64,000 nucleotides of DNA, from the IMG/VR virus record IMGVR_UViG_3300028534_000019, positions 31,091 to 95,090 of that record, one strand, 5' to 3'. The stretch's first letter is position 1. Each line of letters starts with the position of its first letter. The notes beneath the pieces are model-generated. The model made no database searches. It was not told where the DNA came from and was given only the letters and a program-made list of their open reading frames with translations. Shown piece by piece: positions 27,590-35,219 of the stretch. Source of the DNA: a virus. Its lineage: Duplodnaviria > Heunggongvirae > Uroviricota > Caudoviricetes. Position numbers and translations under genes: made by a program.

Positions 27590-27931
27590 TTGTTAAAATT
27601 ATGGTATAGAATTAAGTGTTTTTTTGGACACTGTTTAGAACTTGATATTATTAAAAGTAAGGAAGAAATTAGAAAAAGAGATTATGATGTTTCTAAAGCA
27701 CCTTATAAAGTTGAAGGTGTGGCTGAGGAATTTCCACAAGAATTTAAAGATATTCTTGAAAAGAAAGAAGATAAAGAAAATGAGTCTGAAAAAACAGAAA
27801 AACTTAAAAGGGCTTGGTTCAATAATGGAGTTGAACAAAGATTAGTTCAAATTCAACCTATTGATGAAAGTTTAAGTTTACCTGATGGATGGGTAAAAGG
27901 TAAATTAAAAAAAGGTATGAATAATGAGTAA
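27590..27931 (+). CDS. Hypothetical protein (TTG start)
   Basis: 113-codon ORF with AAAGGA upstream. K/E-rich. Confidence 0.45.
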   Translation: MLKLWYRIKCFFGHCLELDIIKSKEEIRKRDYDVSKAPYKVEGVAEEFPQEFKDILEKKEDKENESEKTEKLKRAWFNNGVEQRLVQIQPIDESLSLPDGWVKGKLKKGMNNE

Positions 27932-28136
27932 AAATAGATATGGTGTCAGAGACGCTTATAAAAATTTAGCAAACATCACAAAAACAATTAATACTCTTAG
28001 TGGTGAAGCCCTTGAAGAGGCAGAAAGAAAAATTTATCTTTATAGAGATTTTATTGATTATTCAAGAGATTTATACAATAATGGTTTGATAAATCAGAAA
28101 GAATTAAAAGGTTTAGGTAAGGTAGATAATGGATAA
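27924..28136 (+). CDS. Hypothetical protein
   Basis: 70-codon ORF overlapping the upstream gene by 8 nt. Confidence 0.5.
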   Translation: MSKNRYGVRDAYKNLANITKTINTLSGEALEEAERKIYLYRDFIDYSRDLYNNGLINQKELKGLGKVDNG

Positions 28137-28428
28137 TGTAAAACCAACAAGTGTATCTATTAATTTAGATGAACACTCAGTAAAAACAATTAAAAAAGTA
28201 AATAGCATACATAGAGATTCTTTAATCAATATTGGTATTGCTATGGTGGCAAAAACACCTTATTATAAAACATTATTAGGTGTAGAACAAGAAGATTTAG
28301 ATGAAGTAGCATCATTAGATATGTTAGATGAAGAAAATGAAACTACAACATCAAAAAAATCTAAAAAGAAAGAAGAAACTAAAACAGAAGTAAAAGCAAA
28401 ACCTACATCTTCTTGGGATAGTTTCTAA
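28129..28428 (+). CDS. Possible ribbon-helix-helix DNA-binding protein (ParR-like adaptor candidate)
   Basis: The N-terminus TSVSINLDEHSVKTIKKVNSIHRDSLINIGIAMV fits a beta-strand/helix/helix pattern. The tail is acidic then basic. Confidence 0.3.
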   Translation: MDNVKPTSVSINLDEHSVKTIKKVNSIHRDSLINIGIAMVAKTPYYKTLLGVEQEDLDEVASLDMLDEENETTTSKKSKKKEETKTEVKAKPTSSWDSF

Positions 28429-28442
28429 TAAAAGGAACAATT

Positions 28443-28889
28443 ATGATTTTAGATAAAATCACAAAAGAACAATTATTAGCAAGAAAGAATAGAGATACCT
28501 TTAAAACAGGTATCTTAACTACATTAATGTCAGAAGTATCTATTATAGGTAAGAATAAAGGTAATAGAAAAACAACTGATGAAGAAGCAATTGCTGTTAT
28601 AAAGAAATTTATTTCAAATGCTGAAAATAACATTGAATCTCTTCAAGGTTCTCATAATTGGGAAAATTGTACTGAAAGTATTCAAGAATTTCAAGATGAA
28701 ATAGAATTACTTCAAGGTTTTTTACCAAAACAAATGACCGAAGATGAGTTAAAAGTATCTATTGAAGTTATGGTTTCAAAAGGTGCTAACAATATTGGTG
28801 CTATTATGGGTACTCTTAAAAAAGAATATGGTGGATTATATGATGGCAAGATGGCTAGTAAACTAGCTAAAGAAGTTTTATCAAAATAA
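28443..28889 (+). CDS. GatB/YqeY-domain protein
   Basis: LLARKNRDTFKTGILTTLMSEV, TDEEAIAVIKKFISNAENNIE, FLPKQMTEDELK, IGAIMGTLKKEYGGLYDGKMASKLAKEVL. Confidence 0.65.
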   Translation: MILDKITKEQLLARKNRDTFKTGILTTLMSEVSIIGKNKGNRKTTDEEAIAVIKKFISNAENNIESLQGSHNWENCTESIQEFQDEIELLQGFLPKQMTEDELKVSIEVMVSKGANNIGAIMGTLKKEYGGLYDGKMASKLAKEVLSK

Positions 28890-28911
28890 TTAACATATTT
28901 TATGTTATAAT
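28890..28911 (+). promoter_or_regulatory. Promoter candidate (TTAACA-N10-TATAAT with TGn)
   Basis: TTAACATATTTTATGTTATAAT, upstream of thyX. Confidence 0.45.
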
Positions 28912-28940
28912 TCTAACATAAAAATAAAAAAAGGATATTA

Positions 28941-29846
28941 ATGACATTAGAAAAAGATGGTATATCTTACGAAAAACCGATAGTAACACTATTACAAGAT
29001 ACAGGTATAGGTGTAGCTGAATATGCCGCTAGAACTTGCTATGATAGTTTTAACAATAGTGAAAACACACTAATTAAAGAAGTTAATTACCAACTTGATT
29101 CTTATATAGGTCAAGACCATTATGATGAGTCATACAAAGATGATTTAAACAATATTGAAGATTCTGAATTGCTTAGTGATTTAGCTTGGGCATATCATCA
29201 CCATTCAATTTTAGAACATTCTAATCTATCTTTCTTAATTAAAGGTACTTCAAGAGGTGTACTTCAAGAACACGCTCGACATAGAATACAAGCAATTTCA
29301 GTAAGAAGTACAAGATATACAATGAGTGGTATTATTAATGCTTTTGTTGCTAGTAAATTTCATATTGGTTCAGAATTACAGTTTTTTACTGAAAAGTTAA
29401 TGAATATGGATATGTTTGTAACTACTGATGAAATGTATCAAAAAATTGAAATAGCAGGTATTTTTGATAAACTAAATTTTCAATATAATAACTGTAATGA
29501 ATTTTATGAGATGGCAGTTGCTAAATCTAGTATGAAATTTCTTGAAGCAAATGATAATCCTTATAATGCTTATGATATTTTTGAAAAACTTCAAAAAGGT
29601 AAGAAGAAAAGAAATGTTGGAGATGCTTTTAAACATATAGTTTCAGATAACTGGAAAGTAGATATGGTAGTGACTTTTAATATTAGAAGCCTTAAAAACT
29701 ACTTTACATTAAGAGATAGTGGTGCGGCATATTTTCAAATTAAGTGGTTAGCAGAAGAAATGAAAAAAGCAACACCTATTAAATACTTAAAACTTATTGA
29801 TAAAAAATATAGAGATGTTGATGTTAAAGGAATAGATAATGATTAG
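28941..29846 (+). CDS. thyX: Flavin-dependent thymidylate synthase ThyX
   Basis: ThyX signature HARHRIQAISVRSTRY (RHRxxSxxxxSxR) and LEHSNLSFLIKGTSRGV. Confidence 0.85.
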   Translation: MTLEKDGISYEKPIVTLLQDTGIGVAEYAARTCYDSFNNSENTLIKEVNYQLDSYIGQDHYDESYKDDLNNIEDSELLSDLAWAYHHHSILEHSNLSFLIKGTSRGVLQEHARHRIQAISVRSTRYTMSGIINAFVASKFHIGSELQFFTEKLMNMDMFVTTDEMYQKIEIAGIFDKLNFQYNNCNEFYEMAVAKSSMKFLEANDNPYNAYDIFEKLQKGKKKRNVGDAFKHIVSDNWKVDMVVTFNIRSLKNYFTLRDSGAAYFQIKWLAEEMKKATPIKYLKLIDKKYRDVDVKGIDND

Positions 29847-30483
29847 TATTAAAAATTTCAAAGGAACACTTGTTTTAAATGGTGTTTCTTCTTTTGATGA
29901 ACCATATTTAGATGATGAATTATTAGAAAAGATAAATGAAAGAAAAGAAGAAATGGATGATATATTTGAAGCAAGAAAAACAAATGAAAATATATCATAT
30001 GATTGTTTATATTTAGAAAATAGAGTAAAATTATTAGAAAAACAATTAGAAATTGATAATAAAGAAATTGCTAAAATACTAGAAGATAATCTTGAAGTTG
30101 ATTTAGAATCTAATGATTTTGAAAAAGATTTAGAAAATACTTATAATAAAGTTCTATTACTTGTTAGAAATAAAGTTAGAATTACTGAAATAATGAACCA
30201 TTATTCAGTTTTATTATTAAGTCTTAAAGATGATTCTGATTTTATAGGTAAAAGTAAATTTGAATTTGAAATGTTTCTAAACTCTAAAAAGAACTTAGGT
30301 AGCATTAAAGAATATTCAGTAAAAGTTAATGATGATAAAACATTTATAAGTTTAAAAGTGTTTTTTAAGAATGAAGATGAACCTGTATATTTCTTGGTTA
30401 CTGAAGAATATATTAAATTTTCAAACTTATCCACTTTTGAAGTACTAAATCTACACTCATTAGAGGATTTAGATGATGAGTAA
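29839..30483 (+). CDS. Hypothetical acidic protein
   Basis: 214-codon ORF. Confidence 0.55.
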   Translation: MISIKNFKGTLVLNGVSSFDEPYLDDELLEKINERKEEMDDIFEARKTNENISYDCLYLENRVKLLEKQLEIDNKEIAKILEDNLEVDLESNDFEKDLENTYNKVLLLVRNKVRITEIMNHYSVLLLSLKDDSDFIGKSKFEFEMFLNSKKNLGSIKEYSVKVNDDKTFISLKVFFKNEDEPVYFLVTEEYIKFSNLSTFEVLNLHSLEDLDDE

Positions 30484-30667
30484 TGAACTTTTTAAACATA
30501 AAGAAAAAGGTACTATTTATAAAGTAATTAAAACAGATAATATCAATGGTATTAACACTGTTACTTATAAAGAGGACTCTTTCCCTGATAGTGCTAAACC
30601 AAGAATATATGTAAGAGATTTATATATGTTTCTTAAAAATATGGAATTAATTGAAGATAAAGGTTAG
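30473..30667 (+). CDS. Hypothetical protein
   Basis: 64-codon ORF. Confidence 0.45.
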   Translation: MMSNELFKHKEKGTIYKVIKTDNINGINTVTYKEDSFPDSAKPRIYVRDLYMFLKNMELIEDKG

Positions 30668-30669
30668 AG

Positions 30670-30909
30670 ATGGAAATACAATCTTTATTATATAAATGTG
30701 ATAAATGTGATGCTATTATAGATAATCCAATTTCTAAAGAATATAATATTCATTTTTGTAACAAATGTGTTTTAGAGTTTATTCATAATAAGATGGTAAT
30801 TGAATTTAATGAACCTCAAAAAATTCATAACATAAATGAAAATCATAAAGATGAACATATAACGACAAAAAATATAGATTTTTGTGAAGTTAGTATTAAG
30901 GATTTATAA
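30670..30909 (+). CDS. Small zinc-ribbon protein
   Basis: CDKCDAII...CNKC four-Cys pattern. Confidence 0.5.
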   Translation: MEIQSLLYKCDKCDAIIDNPISKEYNIHFCNKCVLEFIHNKMVIEFNEPQKIHNINENHKDEHITTKNIDFCEVSIKDL

Positions 30910-31217
30910 TGTCAAAGCAATGGCTTAGTGAATTAATAGAACAGCCATATGAATGGTGTATTGAAACTGTTACAAAAGAGCCTGAATTACTAAAAAATAT
31001 AAAAGTACAAACACAAGAACTTTGTGAAATAGCATTTTATGAAGATTATAAAACAGCAAAATATATACATCAAGAATTTAGATTTAATGAGAGAATTTTA
31101 GCTATTGCTCGACAGCATAGTTTATTAAATAAAAGCATACCACAAGATATGCTTGAAAAAATAAATGAATATCCATATAATTACTTTGAAAAGAAATATC
31201 CTGAAATCTTTTTCTAA
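30909..31217 (+). CDS. Hypothetical protein with tandem C-terminal motif (EYPYNYF then KYPEIFF)
   Basis: Ends ...KINEYPYNYFEKKYPEIFF*. Confidence 0.55.
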   Translation: MSKQWLSELIEQPYEWCIETVTKEPELLKNIKVQTQELCEIAFYEDYKTAKYIHQEFRFNERILAIARQHSLLNKSIPQDMLEKINEYPYNYFEKKYPEIFF

Positions 31218-31229
31218 TTTAATAAAAGG

Positions 31230-31251
31230 TTAAGGTTGTATTAGCTATAAT
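31230..31251 (+). promoter_or_regulatory. Promoter candidate (TTAAGG-N10-TATAAT)
   Basis: TTAAGGTTGTATTAGCTATAAT, followed by an RBS and the abortive ATG ACA TAA at 31286-31294. Confidence 0.5.
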
Positions 31252-31345
31252 TCTACATACACAAAATAAAAGTAAAGGATTTGATATGACATAAATGTTT
31301 GTTATAGAAATTTAGATACATAATATAAAACAAAAGGAAAAAGAA

Positions 31346-31549
31346 ATGGATAGCAAAACAGCAGAAGGTTTAGGTATAGCAATTGGTGCTATTATTGTAT
31401 TAATTATAGGATTAGCAATTCAATTAGGTATTTTTTATCTAATCGCTTTAGGGTTGATTTGGGCTTTTGATATAGCAATAGTACCAATTAAATTAGCAAT
31501 TGGAATGTGGTTAGTTAAAATAGTGCTTAGTTTAGCAGTAAGAAAATAA
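31346..31549 (+). CDS. Small two-helix membrane protein
   Basis: GIAIGAIIVLIIGLAIQLGIFYLIALGLIWAF and KLAIGMWLVKIVLSLAV. Confidence 0.6.
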   Translation: MDSKTAEGLGIAIGAIIVLIIGLAIQLGIFYLIALGLIWAFDIAIVPIKLAIGMWLVKIVLSLAVRK

Positions 31550-31567
31550 AAAATAAAAAGGAAAGAA

Positions 31568-32455
31568 ATGGATAAAGGTTTATTTGGAATTATTGGAGCA
31601 GGTGTATTAGTAGTTATGCTATTAATTTTAGGTGCTACATCAGTTTATACAGTTGATGAGGGTAAAGTTGGTATTGTAAAGACTTGGGGTAAAGCAGTAA
31701 AGCAAGTTAATCCCGGACTTCACTTCAAAATGCCTATTGCTGATGAGGTTGTAGAGATTGAGGTAAGAACAAGAAAAAATGTTGAAACTATGAGTATTGC
31801 TACAAGTGAGCAAATGGCGGCAAAAGCAACTGTTTCTATGAACTGGACTGTTAATAAAGCAAGTGTTTTAGAACTCTATAAGAAATATGGCTCACTTGAC
31901 CAATTTGAAAGTAGAATTTTAGACCCAAAACTTAGAGATGCCACAAAAGAGGGTATTGCTAAATTTACAGCAGAACAAAATATTAAGAACAGAGGTGTAA
32001 GCACACTCAAAGTTAAGGAATTATTTATTAACCAAATTAAAGGTTATCCTATTACTGTTAATGGTTTTCAAATTGAAGATATTCAATTAAGTAAAAAATA
32101 TCTTGCTTCAATTGATGCTAAACAAACAGCTAAAAATGAAAGAGATGCTGAAAAATTTAAACTTGAAAAACAAGCCCTTGAAGCACAAAGAGCAGTAAAT
32201 ACAGCAAATGCTGAAAGAGATGCCGCTAAAGCAAGAGCAGATGGTGTGGCTTATAAAATTGAAGCAGAAGCAAAAGCAAATGCTAAGAAAATTGCCCTTA
32301 TTGCTGGAGCAGAAGCAAAAGCAATTAAACAAAAAGCACAAGCACTTAAAAATAACCCTGCTATTATAGACTATATGAGAGCAGAAAAATGGAGTGGGAA
32401 TTATCCTACTACTATGATGGGTAGCAACCCAAACATTCTTATGAAATTAAAATAA
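31568..32455 (+). CDS. SPFH/band-7 (prohibitin/HflC-like) membrane protein
   Basis: N-terminal TM helix, then YTVDEGKVGIVKTWGKAVKQVNPGLHFKMPIADEVVEIEVRTR, and an Ala/Lys/Glu-rich coiled coil at the C-terminus. Confidence 0.8.
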   Translation: MDKGLFGIIGAGVLVVMLLILGATSVYTVDEGKVGIVKTWGKAVKQVNPGLHFKMPIADEVVEIEVRTRKNVETMSIATSEQMAAKATVSMNWTVNKASVLELYKKYGSLDQFESRILDPKLRDATKEGIAKFTAEQNIKNRGVSTLKVKELFINQIKGYPITVNGFQIEDIQLSKKYLASIDAKQTAKNERDAEKFKLEKQALEAQRAVNTANAERDAAKARADGVAYKIEAEAKANAKKIALIAGAEAKAIKQKAQALKNNPAIIDYMRAEKWSGNYPTTMMGSNPNILMKLK

Positions 32456-32465
32456 GAGTATCTTC

Positions 32466-32489
32466 TAATAGAGGTTTTTACCTCTATTA
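32466..32489 (+). terminator. Hairpin after the SPFH gene (terminator candidate)
   Basis: TAATAGAGGT / ACCTCTATTA form a 10-bp perfect stem with a TTTT loop. No U-tract follows. Confidence 0.4.
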
Positions 32490-32552
32490 CCCCTAACACA
32501 TCTACATACATATAATCACAACAACAAAACAACAAAAAATTTTAATATTACA

Positions 32553-32573
32553 TTAAGAATATTCAGCTATAAT
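32553..32573 (+). promoter_or_regulatory. Promoter candidate (TTAAGA-N9-TATAAT)
   Basis: TTAAGAATATTCAGCTATAAT. The -10 element and leader are shared with 15830-15870. Confidence 0.5.
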
Positions 32574-32602
32574 ACTACATATAAAACATAAAAGGATTAA
32601 AA

Positions 32603-32914
32603 ATGGAAGAGTTTTTAAATAAGTTTGAAAAAATAGTTGATAGTTTCCCTTTAAACCCATCATACTTTTTAGTATTGGATATAGCAAATGATGTTTCAAA
32701 TGCTATGTTAGAAGATGATAAAGAAGTTTGTAGAAATATGTTATTAAAATATATTAAAATTGAATGTAGCATAGAAACATATAATGAAAACAGAAAAGAA
32801 ATTGATAAATTAATTTCAAAAATTAAAGAAACATTGATTACACTTTGTTTAACATTTTCAAGAGATGATAGTTTTATAATGGTTGATGATAATTTAATAG
32901 ATTTAGAATTATGA
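32603..32914 (+). CDS. Hypothetical protein
   Basis: 103-codon ORF. Confidence 0.55.
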   Translation: MEEFLNKFEKIVDSFPLNPSYFLVLDIANDVSNAMLEDDKEVCRNMLLKYIKIECSIETYNENRKEIDKLISKIKETLITLCLTFSRDDSFIMVDDNLIDLEL

Positions 32915-33183
32915 TTGAAAATTATTTTGATTGGTTTTTAAATAATTCTGAAGAATTAAGTGATTTTAGGAATGATTTTTTATATACGATAATAACTATT
33001 GAAACAGCACCAAAAATGGAACTTAGTTTATTCTATGTTTTTAAAGATTTAGGTATTAATCTTGATATATCTGATATTAGTGTTAAGGTTAATAGTACAA
33101 GTTCTAGTTTAAGTGTTTCAGATAATTTAAAAGAAAAACTAAAACTCTATATAAAAGAAAAATATCCTGAAATTATATTCTAA
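32911..33183 (+). CDS. Hypothetical protein with C-terminal YPEIIF motif
   Basis: Ends ...KLYIKEKYPEIIF*. Confidence 0.55.
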   Translation: MIENYFDWFLNNSEELSDFRNDFLYTIITIETAPKMELSLFYVFKDLGINLDISDISVKVNSTSSSLSVSDNLKEKLKLYIKEKYPEIIF

Positions 33184-33194
33184 TTAATTTTAAT

Positions 33195-33216
33195 TTAAGC
33201 ATTTAATAGATATAAT
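33195..33216 (+). promoter_or_regulatory. Promoter candidate (TTAAGC-N10-TATAAT)
   Basis: TTAAGCATTTAATAGATATAAT. Confidence 0.5.
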
Positions 33217-33245
33217 ATCACATATAAAAGGAAAAAGGAACAAAA

Positions 33246-33461
33246 ATGAGTTTAACATATAAACAGATTACAGAACATATTTCTAAGATTAAAGAAAATA
33301 TTTCTATTCTTGAAGATAGACTTGATACTGAATGTAAAAGTGCTGAGTCTAATAGTTGTATTGCTAAAACATTACTAGAAGAACTTGATAAGCAAGAGAT
33401 GGCTTTAATGGTAGCTGAAGATTATTTTGATAGAGTAATAGATAGAGGAAGAGGAGATTAA
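33246..33461 (+). CDS. Hypothetical helical protein
   Basis: 71-codon ORF. Confidence 0.5.
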   Translation: MSLTYKQITEHISKIKENISILEDRLDTECKSAESNSCIAKTLLEELDKQEMALMVAEDYFDRVIDRGRGD

Positions 33462-33464
33462 AGA

Positions 33465-34577
33465 ATGAAAATTACAGAGATTAAACCTATTTTACAGTTT
33501 TCTAAAGATGCTGATGATGCTGTAATCATTGAGGGTAAACACGGTATTGGTAAATCAGAAATAGTTAAACAATATTGTTCGGAAAATGGTTATTTTTATA
33601 CTGTTTTATTTTTAAGTCATCAAGAAGTTGGTGATTTGATTGGTATGCCTTTTGAAAAAAATGGTATTCAATATTGGTCTAAACCATCTTGGTTAGTAAG
33701 AATGGAAGAAGCATCAGCAAGAGGGGAACATAATGTTTTACTCTTAGATGAGTTAAACCGAGCCCAAACTGATGTATTACAAAGTGCTTTACAACTTGTT
33801 TTAGAAAGACAAATTCACGAGCATTTCTTACCTACTACTGATGGTGTAAGAAGTCAAGTAATTGCTTGTATTAACCCTGATGATGATTTATATCAAGTAA
33901 TTACACTTGACCCAGCACTAAAAGATAGATTTTTACATTTAAAAACAAGTGAAGATTTACAAGGATGGGTTAAATGGGGTGGTGAAAAAGGAGTACCTGA
34001 TGTTGTTATTCATTACTTGCTTGAAAATGAAAATGATTTTCATAGTACAAATGAAGATGGTGAGGGTGCTACACCAAGAAGTTGGTATAAATTAAGTCAA
34101 TTCTTGAAAATATTTGAAGATAAAGAAGTTGAAGAATTTCAACTTTGGGAGATTATTAAAGGTAAAGTAGGTTCAAGTATCGGTAGCAAATTCCTTAACT
34201 TTTATAATACTCATAGTACATTTATTGATGTTACAAAAATTAAAAAGTTTTTAAATAAATATAAAAGAGATATTTCTGATTTACCTGAAATTGGTGCTGA
34301 ATTAGCTAGTTATATTAAAGGTCTTGAACAAGTAACTAAAGTAGAACAAGTTAATAAACTATATCACGACAGTATTGAAAAAATTAAAGATACTAAAGTT
34401 ACTATGGATGATGAAGATATTTTCACTATTTTTGCTATGCTTCACGCTTTTGAAATAGAAGTAACAACATCAGTTATGAAGCAATGGAAAAATGAAAGTG
34501 TGAGTGATTTTATGGATTTTGTTAAAAAAGATAATAAAGAACTCATTACATTAATAACAAGAAGATTAAAAACATAA
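33465..34577 (+). CDS. AAA+ ATPase (MoxR / AAA_5-like)
   Basis: Walker A IIEGKHGIGKSE, Walker B plus sensor LLLDELNRAQTDVLQSALQLVLER, and ACINPDD...LDPALKDRF. Confidence 0.8.
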   Translation: MKITEIKPILQFSKDADDAVIIEGKHGIGKSEIVKQYCSENGYFYTVLFLSHQEVGDLIGMPFEKNGIQYWSKPSWLVRMEEASARGEHNVLLLDELNRAQTDVLQSALQLVLERQIHEHFLPTTDGVRSQVIACINPDDDLYQVITLDPALKDRFLHLKTSEDLQGWVKWGGEKGVPDVVIHYLLENENDFHSTNEDGEGATPRSWYKLSQFLKIFEDKEVEEFQLWEIIKGKVGSSIGSKFLNFYNTHSTFIDVTKIKKFLNKYKRDISDLPEIGAELASYIKGLEQVTKVEQVNKLYHDSIEKIKDTKVTMDDEDIFTIFAMLHAFEIEVTTSVMKQWKNESVSDFMDFVKKDNKELITLITRRLKT

Positions 34578-34592
34578 AAGAGGTATTAAAAA

Positions 34593-34802
34593 ATGTATGC
34601 TTTAATAGGTTATAATGATGAGTATTATTACATTCAAATTTTTTCAGAAACTGATGTTGTGTATGGTTATATAATATATAACTTTAGTGGGGATAAAAGT
34701 TTAGTAGTTGATAATTTCCCAATTAGTTCAGTATTAAAAAGGTTTGAAACATTATATACTATTGAAGAAATACAAAATTTATACCCTGAATTAAAGTTCT
34801 AA
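34593..34802 (+). CDS. Hypothetical protein with C-terminal YPELKF motif
   Basis: Ends ...IEEIQNLYPELKF*. Confidence 0.5.
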   Translation: MYALIGYNDEYYYIQIFSETDVVYGYIIYNFSGDKSLVVDNFPISSVLKRFETLYTIEEIQNLYPELKF

Positions 34803-34814
34803 GAAAGGTTTTAT

Positions 34815-35183
34815 ATGGTAAAATTTCATAAAGATTATGATTTTAAAGGTGCTGATTTAGAAATCTTAAAAAAATTTCATAAAGATAATAATATTTCAAG
34901 AGTTGTATTAGATATAGAACTTAAAAAAGATAAAATTATGTTTTATTGGATTGAATATTCTAATTTTAGATATTTGTATGTTGATGATTTAAAAAGAAGT
35001 AGAGATATTAATATTAGCATATTCAAAATTAATGATATTATTTCTATAACAAATAGAGATTTTAACACACAAATATATTTTAAAGATGATATGTTTTATA
35101 TACCAAATAATAAAAATACTGATGTATTAATTGATGAATTTATCGAAGGTGATACATCAGTGAAAATTTTAAGAAAGATTTAA
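34815..35183 (+). CDS. Hypothetical protein
   Basis: 122-codon ORF. Confidence 0.5.
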   Translation: MVKFHKDYDFKGADLEILKKFHKDNNISRVVLDIELKKDKIMFYWIEYSNFRYLYVDDLKRSRDINISIFKINDIISITNRDFNTQIYFKDDMFYIPNNKNTDVLIDEFIEGDTSVKILRKI

Positions 35184-35201
35184 TATTTTTTAGTGTATAA
35201 T
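35180..35201 (+). promoter_or_regulatory. Promoter candidate (TTAATA-N10-TATAAT)
   Basis: TTAATATTTTTTAGTGTATAAT, 19 nt upstream of the ATG at 35220. Confidence 0.4.
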
Positions 35202-35219
35202 GTCATATAAAGGATTAAA

